From the human T2T-CHM13v2.0 reference genome, Homo sapiens, in the NCBI RefSeq assembly GCF_009914755.1, contig NC_060926.1: a stretch of DNA of 64,000 nucleotides, one strand, 5' to 3'. Below the pieces are notes generated by a model that saw only the letters and a program-made list of their open reading frames with translations, made no database searches and was not told where the DNA came from. The position numbers and the translations under genes were made by a program. This document shows, piece after piece, positions 40,417 through 53,020 of this stretch; the stretch's first letter is position 1; every line of letters begins with the position of its first letter.

Positions 40417-42725
40417 GGTCATGTGAATCTACAGAGGAAGATGATTCATGCTGTGTATTGCAGAGTTTGTCATTTGCTTTATGAGGAAGAGGAATGTCAC
40501 TTGGAGAGACTGGAATAGGAAAGCAAAGAGAAGTAAAGACAGTAAAGACAGAATGAAATGAAAGGAGAAAGCCGTAGGAGGAATGTATAAGAAACTGAAG
40601 GAAATGTACCATAAACCAGACCTGGAGCTGCTCCAGATTAGGACTGAGAACAAGAGAGTCCACTGGGAAAAATGACCTCATTCTCTTTGCCTTCTGTGAT
40701 GTGTTTGGAATGATGCTTTCATGATGCTTGAAAGTGAATTGCTTGTCTAGTAACAAAAGAGACAAAGTCAGTTTTTCTTGATCCAGGAGCAAAACACAAA
40801 CAAACAAAAACAGTAGAAAACACCCCAGAAAAAAATTTCCTTTCAAAATTCATTCAATTGCTGAAAAACTGCAGTAAAAAAGTTTATTTGAAGCTTTTTG
40901 AATTTGTATTTAAATATATTCAGATATTTAGAAATTTGGGAATCCATGCAATATATTTCCTCGATGGCCATTTCCTGGATACCAATTGCTATAAACTTTG
41001 GGCTCACCCATCCTCAGGAATCTAATAAATTAAGCCTTCACTATGAATTTTGTGATGAATGCTAAGACTTTCTCTATTCTTTCTTACCTAATTTTAGAAA
41101 TGTGTTAGAAAGGTAAATTTCTTCCTATATTCAAGTTTTGAGAACTGTAACAGTGATCAGTCTCATACTGAAGTGGGAACATAGTTTCTTATGAAAATGT
41201 ACCCTCCTTCATAGTATATTTAGTCTTCCCCTTCTTAAAGGGTAGAAAGATTTTGTTTGTTTGTTTGTTAGGCAGGGCTATTATTTTCAAGGAACTATAG
41301 AGAAATCACGTAGAGAAAATTACCATTTCCAATTTTAATTGTCAAAGTGTATAAAGAAATTGACATAACAGCCCCAAATTACGCCAGGACTTATGGGGGA
41401 AGGGTAAGTATTTCTGACAGTGTATGGTGAAAGCAGGGTGTAAAGAAGCAAAAGAAAAGACCCTCAAGGATTTGGGGCTTTTGTAGGTAGCAGATGGTGG
41501 ATTCCAACTTCAAATGGAAAGGCTGTAGGGTGCCCTTAGGGAAGCTGGGTCTGAGGAAGCAGGATGCCTGCCTCAGGTAAGCTTGTCAAGCCCCAGCTTG
41601 TGGTTACTGACACTCAGTATTACAGTGGTGTATAACAATACACAAAATAGTTTGTATAATCATCCACGATATTAAAATCATTAGAGGAATATTTATAACA
41701 ACAGCCACAAAGTCAACTGGCAACTAATTTCACTGGATTTATCCCTTTCTCAAGAGATACTCTGGCAGAGAATTCTCACAAAGAAATCTTTCAAAAGCAT
41801 ATGTGGATTTTCTTTTACTTTATTATACCTATGCATGCTTCAGTGAAAAATCCGTAAATCGGAGACAAAGTGGTTATTTAAAATAAGAGTTATTATTTAC
41901 ATTATTTTTCTGAGAATAAGAGCAAGCTGCTTTTGCTACTCACTTCGAATTATTAAAAATTCTACAAATTTAAATGTTCTAGGGCATGTGAGCTTAGCAA
42001 TAATTTCTGTTCTTTATAGATTCCAAAAAATATTGTAATTTTTCCCCATTTTTCTGGTTCAGGATTTGCTTGTTATGAATATGGAGTAACCCTTGAACAT
42101 CAGTAAACTTCACGAGTATTCCTGCTGTCCTGACCCATATTTCCAGTGACAACCTGACATATGTAGACACTATGCAAAGCCCACCTCCATTAGAAGTTTA
42201 TAACACTGTGTTTTCATGTGACTGTTTTCTTATTCCTGCAGCACATATTTCCCGGGATAATAAAATAACCACTTCTTGCATCCCCCTCGTTTGAAGTTCT
42301 GAGACAGCTACTCTTTGGTTCTGATGATCTCAGCATTGCCCCAGCTCCAACAAAATCTGTTTTCTTGATGGCAAGCCCTGCCATTCACTTTTGAAGATAT
42401 TACTGAGAGGTGGATGTTGGGCAGTGTTGGAACTGGGCTGTTGGATTTTGCAACGATTCTTGGACAATAAGAAATGACATGCTGGTTAACTCCAAGAATT
42501 TTTTTCTACATTTCGTGTCAAGAAGGCTACTGGTGTCATCTCAAGACCTCTTCCTCACTATTACCTCAGTATACAGAAAGGCCTCTAGGACAGATAGGGA
42601 TGTTTCTAGATTATGAATCTGGTATGGTAAGCTTTGTTAATGTGGCCAACAGGTTTCTCATTTGTAGCCTCTCAGGTTCTTTCCCTTACACTCTTAGACG
42701 TTTGCACTCACAGAATCAGGGATAG
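40417..42725 (+). pseudogene. Decayed TRIM43/TRIM77-type gene remnant (coiled-coil exon + PRY-SPRY exon)
   Basis: Exon 40417-40636 reads GHVNLQRKMIHAVY...LYEEEECHLERLE*...GMYKKLKEMYHKPDLELLQ; it is 220 nt, frameshifted, and the donor is mutated to AT. Exon ~42242-42725 reads YY*EVDVGQCWNWAVGFCNDSW... then, frameshifted, ERPLGQIGMFLDYESGMVSFVNVA. Confidence 0.88.
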
Positions 42726-43821
42726 GTCAGTAACATGACTAAAGGTATCAGAAACACCATCTTCTGAAAATGCTAACCTACTGACTACTTGATTTTCTTT
42801 ATCTGTTTCTATAAAATTTGTACCATTTTTAAATTGCGGAGGTATACATTTGTTTTGATTTTCATTAAACTACTCTCTCTTAGAATACTGTGCATGTCTT
42901 TTCTTTTATGCTGTATCTTTTTTTTCCCCTAGATTTCCAAGCCAGCCCAGGTAAATGAATACCTGCGTGTGTTTATCCAAACTGATGGGTTAATGCAAGA
43001 GCACGGGGTTCTTCCCCTTGAACCGGAATTTCCTTTTCTCTGTTCCACATCTGCTAAGTCACATTTCATCAAGTGTAAGTTCCAATATTTCTTCAGGGAA
43101 TTCTTTCTTTAGCTCCTGGGCTAGATTAGGCTATTTGTTTTAAAGACTCAGAAAACCTTATACTTTTCTTTGTAAAACTCACAATGTAATAGTAGGCTTA
43201 TTTTCTGCTTTTCAAATTACAAGAAAAGGATTGTGTTTGTACTACATACAGTTATATTCCAAGAAAGTAGACAATGGTTAAGATATAACTGATATTCAAT
43301 AATTGTCTGTTTGAATAAAAGAATAAATGCACAAACTAATTGATGAAAACATATGATACAACTATTTAAAAGGCTACCAAATTTACCCCTGTATTACTAT
43401 TGATTTTGGCTACTGAATGTAACCAAAATCAACAGGGATACTGAGAAATATTATTTAATGAAGATATAAATTGGATGCTTATCAAATTGATAGGCTCAGT
43501 CAATTTTCTTTAGCTCAGGAACAAACTATTGATGGACACAGATCTTAACAGAATGACAATGATACAGATAAAAGACTGAAAACCTGTTAGGTTTTAGTAA
43601 TTTCACCGATGGCATCCTACAGACAGTTACCTGGGAACATGTCATTACCAGAATAGAAAGTAAGACTCACTTTTTGCTTCAGAAAATACAGAATACTCAG
43701 AAGCCTCATTACACTTTAATAAAATTCCAAATTTATTAAGGTCTTTGAAATTTTTAAGACACATGTGCAGTAAAATATCCTTATTATCAGAAATATGTAT
43801 ATTTTGGTCATGTTAACTTGG

Positions 43822-44183
43822 TATGAAGCCTTTCCTTAAGTATCGACTGGAAATTGATTCCAGGACTCCCCACAGATACCAAAATCTTGGATGCTAATAA
43901 TCCTCAGATGTCCTTACATAAGATGGTGAAGTATTTGCATGTAGCCTAAGCACATCCTCCAATGTACTTTAATTATCTCTAGATTACTTAAAATACTTAA
44001 TGCAGTGTAAATGCTATGTAAGTAGTTGTTACACTATATGACTTAGGGAATAATGACAAGCAAAAAAAAGTCTGCACATGTTCAGTGAAAACGTAATCAT
44101 TCAATTCTTTTCCTGAAATTTTTAAATCCATGATGAGTTGAATCCATGGATGCAGAACCCTATCATATGGAGGGCCAACTGTA
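43822..44183 (+). mobile_element. MER2 (Tigger-family) DNA transposon
   Basis: TTCCAGGACTCCCCACAGATACCAAAATC...GTTGAATCCATGGATGCAGAACCC...GGAGGGCCAACTGTA. Confidence 0.85.
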
Positions 44184-44863
44184 TATCAAATATCATATTT
44201 AATGGTGTATTTTCTAGTATTTAATTTAATTACTGACAATATGGCACACAACAAACATATCAAAAGTTTCTGATATGTGTTTTTTGAATTTATTTAAAGC
44301 AAGAAAATAATGCCTCCTTTAATGAGGATTGCTGAGGACAAAGTCTAAAAAAGGCTGACTCCATCTATAAGGAGTAACTCTGATCTACAAGTTTAATGAC
44401 AGAGAGGATCTCTGAGTTGTTAGTCCACTGAATGTGGGACATAATTGTCAACTTCCTGATCTGTGAAAACAGTCTCCAAGCCACACACGCATTGAATGGT
44501 AAAGGATAAAAATCTAACTAACTAGGAAGGCTTAGGCACAACTTTTCAAATACAGATTTAGGTAGAAATAGAGAAAAATAGACATGAATATTGCTGAGTT
44601 TCATGTTTAGCTGAATTCATAGTAAATATTTATCATCATGAATATGTTCATCTCAGAAGCCAAAAGCGTACCTACTGTCACTGGAAGGTTGCATATATAT
44701 GCATATATATGTGTGTGTGTATATAGATATGTATATATATAAAATACATATATTTCAAAGCGGTCATTCATATATATTTTTTCAAGCAGTAAGCTAATTT
44801 TCCAAGGACTATTATTATAGATACAGAAAATATACATATATACATGTATATTATATATATATA

Positions 44864-45158
44864 TAGTCCCAGCACTTTTAGAGGCTGAGGTGGGAGGATC
44901 ACTTGAGCCAGGAGTTGGAGAGAAGCCTGGGCAACAGGGTGAGACCCTGTCTCTCCAACAACAGCAACAACAAAATTACTCAGGCATGACAATTCAGCCT
45001 GTAGTCCAGCTATTTGCGAGGCTGAGGTTGGAGGACTGCTTGATCTGGGGAGATCGACTCTGCAGTGAGCTGTGATCTCACCACTGCACTCCAACCTGGG
45101 TGACAGAGTGAGAGCCTGTCTCAAAGAAAAACAAAACAAAACAAAACAAAAACAAAAA
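44864..45158 (+). mobile_element. AluJ element
   Basis: Dimer with (CAAAA)n tail. Confidence 0.88.
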
Positions 45159-46299
45159 CCTGATTATTTATCCATTCTTCCTTATTGCTCTAATAGCTGT
45201 ATTCTAACATACAATGAGATTATATACAAGATGAGGATGGTTAAAAGAGTATAATGCTATTAAAATATAAGTGGCTACAGAATTGTATGTTTGCATTACT
45301 GCTGTCATTGGAATACAGATCCTGTCACCTTGGTAGTCAGCATAGTACCCAATAGGTAGTTTTTAAAAAATATATTATCATCATTATTATCATTTATTAA
45401 TGTGGAGAATAGCCTTCCAAAGACAGCTGCAAATGTCCTTGTCACACAGAGGTAGCAGTCATCAGGAACTCTGCTGACCGATGCTTTAGGTGCCTGTTTA
45501 CAAGGAAGACATTCTGGAAAAAAAAAGTCAGGAAACTTCAGGGTAAAAAAAAACAACAACAACAACAAAAAACACACCTTTCTTCCAAAGTAAGTATTTT
45601 CTGACACTCACACCTTCAGGCTGTTGCCCCTGTTGGAAGTGAGAGAGTGACTAGTTACTGGCAGTGTGACACCATGAGCACGCTCCTAGGCTAATGGAGC
45701 TGACTGAAGAGCTCCCTCCAAGACAGGTTCCCTGCAGCCCTCCCCTTTCTTTCTTCTGAAAATGTGTATCTTTCTTTTCAAGCCACGACTTAAAGTCTTA
45801 TTTTGTTCCTACTCTTAGAAGCAGTCAAAAAGAGCCCCATACCAGCCATTTTATCAATCAATGAATTTTAAAGCAGAGGGATAGTAAGGCATTATTTGTC
45901 TCTCTGGTCTTGGTTCCTTTTCTGCATACTGCAATCATTCAACTACATCTCACACTCTACCATGTCCACGACACCACTTATGACTAGCGCCTAGAAGACT
46001 GAACATCACTTGTGCCTACGTGCAGATAGAGAGAAAGTCGTCTGGTCACGTTACCACTTTGGTGGAAGGCACTCTTAAAAAATTCAACGGCCAGGTCTGC
46101 TATTATAAACACTGGGTCAAAACTGTGGTTGACTTCAAAGTGTTCTCAGAAAGTTTGATAATACACTATTAAAAGACAGTTTTCCACCTGAAAACCTCAC
46201 TGGTGGCAACCTTCAATTGGCCTCTGCATTTCCTCTGAGCAGAAGCATCCAAGAGACGGAATCGTTTGCATGAGGAGTTCTTACTGCCACTATGGTTGT

Positions 46300-48070
46300 T
46301 AGAAAACATGGAATGATCCCTCTGCCCTCCAGGTGATTGAAAGCTATGCAAAACAAGGTTGTTTCTTCCTGAAAGGAAGGAAGGAATGGGTAAGAAAACT
46401 TTTAAGGCATAAATAATATAAAAGGGCTCACACTTTAAGACACATTGACATGACATTATGCTACAAAAAAAAAAAAAATAGTCATTTTCTCTGATTTGAA
46501 TTAAGGTCCTTCAAACAGTTCACTCCCAGGCCTGTTTTGTGCAGTTAGTTACAGGATTGAAGTTGGAACATGACTGGTTGTTTGCACATCCTCCAGTTTC
46601 CTGGAGCTGCTGGAGGACCCCTGAGGGGCTGTGCAAAGGAACACCAGGCGGAGGCCATGTTGTCTCTTCAGCACAGTCCTCTGAGATAGGTGGCAGAATA
46701 AGAGGATTCCAACGTAAAATGTTGCTGTCTGTTTCTGAATAGACACAGCTGTCTCCTCTGCTGAACTCTTCTGGATTTTCTGCACGATCACAGCTGACAT
46801 CGTTTCTATTATCCTGACAGCACTTTTTCCTCCTCTGTAATAACATACTTTGTGGATGAACCAAAATCACCAAAAACTGCCACGGATACTGTTACAGGGC
46901 CACTCAAAATAATACCAACGCTATTGTTGGCAATGGATTGGTAGAAACCCAAAAGAGAGAAGTTCAGAGAAAGCATTGTCAAAGTCCCCTGATGAAGCTT
47001 TGTATGTTCCATATTTCTATCCTTTTTTCCATTATGCAACCATGAGCTATGAGTGGTCACAGGTTTGGCAGAACAATGTAGTTCTACAGGTCCACCACCT
47101 TTCTGGACGGTAGAGGTGGCTCAGAAGTAAAATAAGGTGCCAAGTCTGAGCTCATGGAAGAGCAGAGAATCATGACAGTAACATATAGCAGTGTCCATAT
47201 AGATCCAAGATTCACATGCAGAGCGCCAGATTACAGAAGCAGGCAAGGCAGGCTTCCAGAACAAAACTCAAGCCTTGGTTCACTTTCCAAGGTACTACAG
47301 TTCAGGGTAATCAGACGCATTCCTTAACCTTGACTCCTTCCTGCTTACTAAGACTTTGATCAGGGACAGGCTTCATGCTGTCCACAGGGGGTCTCCGAAA
47401 CTCAGAGTAACAGTTGGCTTACATCTTCAGTGATTCAAGTCTGCAAGGTGTATACGATTGTGCTTCTGGGGGAAAGCAGAGATGCCACTTTCTGTACTTA
47501 CAATGGAGTTCACTTCAGTGCTAAAAGCACATCATAGCAGTTCTGCTTGTAATAAACTCCGAACTGGCAATCTGCCTTTGAGTTGAGCTGTTCTCCTCCA
47601 AGATAAGCTGTTAAGTCATGCCTTGACTTTAGAGCTCTCGGCCGGGCGGGCTAAGCATCCAGAGGTCCTGTGTGGCAGCCGGCTGGGAAAGCCACTCTCA
47701 GGTCCTTCCCACTGACGCCTGCCTCAGCGACTATGGTGGCGGCTATGGTGGCAGCGGCTGCGATCGATCCGAAGGGGCCCCTCCACGCACCACGCAGAGC
47801 AGAGGAGGGCGTGGTGTCTTGCAGGCCGGGGCGCAGGCGCTGGGTAGGTCAGGCCGGCGCTGGGTTCTTGTTCTTCTGGCATCTTGACGCTGGAGCTGGG
47901 CATCAGGGCTCAGGGTAGGGGACCTGGGGCGCGCCCCCGCGGCAGCACTCCTCCAGGCAGAGGCGAGTGGGCATGCAACCGGGCGGGCTCATGGCTGCCA
48001 GGAGCATGCCAGGAGCAGGAGGAGGGATCCTGTGAGAGACAAGCGGGGCTGGCTGTAGAGGCCGCCCCAA
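46300..48070 (-). pseudogene. Processed CDON pseudogene with a large internal deletion
   Basis: From 47221 (ATG changed to CTG): [35 protein letters not shown], then after frameshifts SWLHNGK...[27 protein letters not shown]...[20 protein letters not shown] (CDON signal peptide + Ig1). This abuts [10 protein letters not shown]...EFSRGDSC...WNPLILPP...VLQQLQET (CDON C-terminus), followed by 3'UTR-like sequence. No introns. GC-rich 5'UTR-like segment at 47640-48070. The 3' limit is uncertain and may extend to ~45.3 kb. Confidence 0.88.
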
Positions 48071-48074
48071 GTTA

Positions 48075-48270
48075 AGTAGTTTTTTTAACCCATCCCTCTC
48101 CCTCCACTCTCAAGTAGATCACAGAGTCTATTTTTCCCATACTGATGTCTCTGTGTGTTCAATGCTTAGCTCCCAATTATAAGTGAGAACATACAGCATT
48201 TAATTTTCTGATTCTGCATTAATTTGCTTAGGATCACAGCCTCCAGCTCCATCCCCATTGCTGTAAGAGA
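48075..48270 (-). mobile_element. L1 3' end fragment
   Basis: TTAGCTCCCAATTATAAGTGAGAACAT...AATTTGCTTAGGATCACAGCCTCCAGCTCCATCC. Confidence 0.8.
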
Positions 48271-48304
48271 GTTGGTGTGCCCAGAGTAAAGCCCTCCATT
48301 TAAG

Positions 48305-48366
48305 CTCCCATTCACAACTACACTGACTCCACACAACTACACTGACTCCATTCACAACTACACTGA
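48305..48366. repeat. Short tandem repeat, 3 copies of ~20 bp
   Basis: CTCC(C)A(TT)CACAACTACACTGA x3. Confidence 0.9.
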
Positions 48367-50129
48367 GGACAGACCTTATGGTGAAGGTGGGAACAGCCAC
48401 TGCTGAAGCCTCCATTGCTCAGTAAGCCTCCATGAACATTTCCATTTATCTCATTTGCTCCTGAGAGAGTGGTGCATTACATCATCTGCCCATTACTATC
48501 TGATCCTTGTTAGAGGTATCCTGGAGGGTCATATTTCTCTGTGATACTCTGCTGGTGATTCTTCCACAGGCACATTTCAATGAAAACCATAAGAATGAGA
48601 GCAGCTCACCGGGCAGGAATGCCCTCCCCTCAGCTAGGCCCCTGTGGTCCAGCTCAGAGCAGCAGGAGTCAGGGCGCAGGAATCCTCTCCAACCAGTGCC
48701 AGGGCCCTGGAGTGGCTGCCTTCCTGACAGCTGTTCTTGGGGAAGTGCCAAGGAAAAAACCCAGGCCCAGGGCTTTTCAGCAGACTCAGGATTGGCTTTT
48801 GTTCTTTGTGGCCTTGGAATGCCAGCGGTTCCTGCTGTGGGCACAAACCACGGAACAGGGCCTATCCTCCCCAGCTCCTGGCAGTGCCCAGGGACCGTTG
48901 AAGGGACCAGGGACTCTGCAGGTTTGAGTGGGGCAAGGGAATGAGGTTGAGGCATAGAGAAGATTCAAGAGATCTAACTGGCCTTTTGCTTACCCCAGGA
49001 GGGCTTCTGGCACATTCTGAGTGGAGCAAACTTGGGTGCTTCACCCACTCCTTCATGGGGCTAGGCTCACTACAGGGCTGTGTCCTCTTGTGTCATGTTG
49101 TGGACCACACAGCGCCTGCCTTCCCTGCATCTGAAGGAGCAGCCTGGAGGGCTTAGGGATCTGGAACCCCATTTTCCTCTCTATGCTTCAGTGGCTATCC
49201 TTGCTGCTTGTGGCCCCCACACCAGGGTGGACATACCATTACCCCGAGGGAATGCTAAGCATGGTATTTCCTTCTAACAACAACAGCTACTACTACTGTA
49301 ATTTACTAAGTATTACTTAATGCCAGGAACTGTGGAGTGCCTTCTACACAGCCCCATTTATCTTTCACAACACCCAGTGAAGCCAGGGCTTTGAGGCAAC
49401 TGTGCCGCAGAGGGTGCTCTGGGTCACCCATTTGCTGAGCAGCAGAACCAGGATCTGAACTCAGGTCCATCTAACACCTGAACCAGCATTCTCTTCACTA
49501 CCCCATGGAGTAGCTCCAAGGCATGGACAACTGTAATAACTCCAAGGAAGCATTAGAATAAACTAGAAAATAAACTTAAAAACAGTGTCAGTGTTAGGGG
49601 CCACTAGTGGACTGTTGAGAAGAAGCTTGACCCCAGTAACGAGATGTATGATTTTTAGGCCCACAGAGTGGGTAGGTAACTGCAAGAATGTAAAGGAATC
49701 AAAGGCTGGTGTCATGGTGAATCCCATCGCTCTCCGACTGAACTCCTACTGGGCTTGCAAAGCACAGACACAGAACACACTTGTGGCAAGAATGAGTGAG
49801 TCATCCATTTACACATTTTCTAAACTTGTTTTAAAATTCTTTCTATTTTTAGGCCTACCATATTTTATGTCATGTAGCGTTTCCTTTTATTTGTTCCAAA
49901 CACCACTCCTTTGAACCTCCTGGAGTGTGCTGTGTCTCTGGTAATTTCTGTCCACTTTGTCCACATTCCCTGCACTTTATAGATTTTGATCCCATCTGCT
50001 CTGAGATTTTATTTTTTAAGTAGAATCACTTGCTCCAGTGAAGATGGCCTAGAGTCTTGAGAGAATGATTTTTTTCCTATTTGGGGTCTGGTACCCTTTA
50101 TTCCATAATGCAGAGAGACCATAGGGCTC

Positions 50130-50345
50130 ACACTGCTGGGCTGGGAATCTGGTGGCCAAAGCCAGAACCCTGGCACATTCTCATACTGGCTGTGTGACCT
50201 TGTGCCAATCACTCAACTTCTCTGAGCCAAAGTTTCTATGTCTGAAGACTGAGACAAATAATGGCACTTCTCTTGTACGATATTATGATGTTTAAGGCAG
50301 ACAAAGTGTTTGGAGCACAGTGAGTGCTCAATAAATGTTAGTGGC
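50130..50345 (+). mobile_element. MIR SINE
   Basis: CTGGCTGTGTGACCTTG...TCACTCAACTTCTCTGAGCC...AGTGCTCAATAAATGTTAG. Confidence 0.75.
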
Positions 50346-52055
50346 TGAAAGTCAAACTAGCCACAAGAAAGATGGCAGAGAAGCATTGCGCATGGACCTT
50401 GGTGAGGTGTCACAGTCGTTATACCAGGGATACCGAGAGACAGAGAGAGGTCCCAAAAATGGCAGTGGGGCAAGGCGGCTGGGGAGAAGGAGCAATGAGG
50501 ACAAACTGAGGAGGTGGTCTCTCAGGTGTGAGTGACCTTATTCCTCCCTTCCATCCTAGATCTGACTGTGCACTCTCTGGGGCTCAGGAGTCTTCTCTTA
50601 CGGCGTCCAAGACTACAGTCACAGACTAGAGCCTACTCCAGCAGCTCAATGGGCTGCCAAGTTCTACTGTCTGAGAACTCTCTGAGTTCTGAGAGAGTGT
50701 TCCATGCTACCAGGGACCTGTGACTCTGGAGAGCAGAATCCAGAATAGAAGATACCATTCCCATGGCTTCCAGAGCCATGGCGTTCCAGGCTCAGTTTCT
50801 CCATGAACCCAGGAGTTGGAGGTTGCAGTGAGCCAAGATAGTGTACTCCACAAAAAAAGATTGTTCTGTAATGAACTGTATGTATAAATATTTTCCTGGA
50901 GAGATGAGAAGTGACAAAGGGAACAGTGGGAGTACATGTTGGGCACCTTTAGAATGAATATGGACAAGTTAGCTTCCCATAAACCTAGTCTGTCTTGTCT
51001 TTTTGCAGCTTTTGAATATCCCTTTAAAGACTAAAGGTAAGCAGGTAGGGAAGCGTAAGGGAGTACCTGGAGAGATTCCCCAGTCCAGGGCCATTGCCAT
51101 TTTCCAGGCAGTGACCAAGGTGTACAGAAGCTTAGGATGCACGTCCTGACTGGGTAATGCTCCTGATCCTGAAAGCAGCCTTGACTGCCCACAGGTAACC
51201 AGGAAATAAAGAGAGGGTACACGCTGACCCCCTGAGATCCTCAAGCCACTTTGACAAGTCAAATTAGGTGACTGAGTTCAGTCTTATGGTCTCTTGTTCA
51301 GGATTCAAGAGATAGCTGTACTGCCATGTTTGAAACTTAGTCTCTCCATTCTAGAGCCCAAGGAGTTGTGAGTTGTGGAAAGCACCCTGGACTCAAAGTC
51401 AGAGAGACCTGGGTTCGTGATACCGCTCTGCTGTGAGCATTGACCTCAAATTCTCGGGTTTCTCACACTTAGTAAAACTATACATGTAACAGCCACATCT
51501 TATTAGCAGGGTGACGTGAAAATGATTTGTAAGCTATTAAGAAATGGAGAAAAGTAAGGGATGAGGCAATTATGATGATCAATATAATGCCATGGTTCCC
51601 TCACCAGGACAGCCCTTTCTATTTTCCGATCTTCCTCCCCTTTGACGTATTTAGCTGTACAAGCATTTACTGAGCATCTAGTAAGTGCTGGACTATCTGC
51701 TAGGACCTGGGAACACAGTGGCGACTGAAACAAGAACCATGTCCTCATGGAACCAATAAGCAGGTCCTGGTAGGGAGGTGTGCTTCGTGCTGTAATGTGG
51801 CTAGAGTGTAGAGGCGGAGGTGTGGGGAGCAGTGAGGGTAACCCACAGAGCCTTGGCTGTCCAGAAAAAGAGACCTCTAAGCAGAGACTAGAAAGAAAAG
51901 TTGGAATCCACCAGGCAAATGTGAGAATGTGAAGGGTAAAGGTGGAATGTTTTGGTACTGGCAGAAAAAGGTCCAGAATCCAGACAGGGCCAGGTACATT
52001 TAGGGAACTAAGTTCAGTGTAGTGGGAAATAAAGTACAGTAATAGAGTGCATGTT

Positions 52056-52095
<40 letters not shown>

Positions 52096-52689
52096 CTGTA
52101 GTGAGAGCTGAGAGATGGGTCTGGGAAAGTGTGCTGGGTTAGATCACAAAAATCTTTGTAGGCATGTTGCGAAATGTGGACTTTATACTAAAAAGCAAAG
52201 GGATCTTAGTTGGGGAAAGTGAAGGAACAGACATGTTTTGGAAAGCTTTTTCTGGCTACAGTGTGGCGAATGGATTGCAGGAGGCCAGGTTGTAGGCAGG
52301 GTGGGGTGTTGGTGGGGCACTGTGTTCCCATAATTCTAAGGGATGATGGCAGCCCTGAGGATAGAGGGAAGTGGTGATGGGGATGGGTGGGGAAATATTG
52401 TCATAGTCAGCTTTCGACTCTCAATTCTATCCTTGACTGCTGGTGATGGGCTGCAGCCCTGTGAAGACCAGAATGAGTGTAAGCCCCATCCTATCTTCCC
52501 ATGTCCTTTGGTGAGCTTCAGCTTCCCCAAGCCCAGTAGTCACTGCAAGCAGATATGGCTCCTCCCACCTCAAAATCTTCCAGTGGCCCAGGGGAAGTTT
52601 CTGTCTGATGACAGTCAGATCAGAGAAGTGAGGAGGGGATGCTGGTCTAGGACCAATACTGCCATAGATGGGCTGATGAGATGCTTGAG

Positions 52690-53020
52690 CCCTCACCTCC
52701 AAGTCTTGGCTCCAAGATAGCTTCTCAGGGAACTCTTCTCCAATCCCCCTATTGCAAACCAACGCTGCCTCCCCCACCACGCCGCCACCGGCTTTATCCC
52801 TTTCACTCTGCTTTATTTCTCTTCACCATTTGACATATTGTCTACTTCACTTATTTATTTATCATCTGTCTCTCCCCAGTAGAAGGTAAGTTACATGAGG
52901 GCAGGAATTCTTGGTAGTTTTGCTTACTGCTGTATCCCCAGTGCCTAGAACAGTGTCTGGCACAGAGACAATGCTCAGTAAAAGCTTGTGCTTACATGAG
53001 TGTTCGATGGAATGACTGAG
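52690..53020 (+). mobile_element. L2 3' end
   Basis: TCTGTCTCTCCCCAGTAGAAGGTAAG...ACTGCTGTATCCCCAGTGCCTAGAACAGTGTCTGGCACA...GCTCAGTAAA. Confidence 0.8.

Noticed and set aside
40313-40846. 177-aa minus-strand ORF
   Set aside because: Antisense shadow of the purine-rich TRIM pseudo-exon.
46520-47060. 117-aa and 83-aa CDON-like ORFs as functional proteins
   Set aside because: The start codon is lost, there are frameshifts after the signal peptide, the Ig cysteine is changed (YQC to YQS) and the halves are out of frame.
48305-48366. Direct repeats as a CRISPR-like array
   Set aside because: No spacers; a plain tandem repeat in mammalian DNA.
48482-49277. Cluster of overlapping 60-157 aa ORFs
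   Set aside because: Expected in GC-rich DNA; no domain or consistent splice structure.
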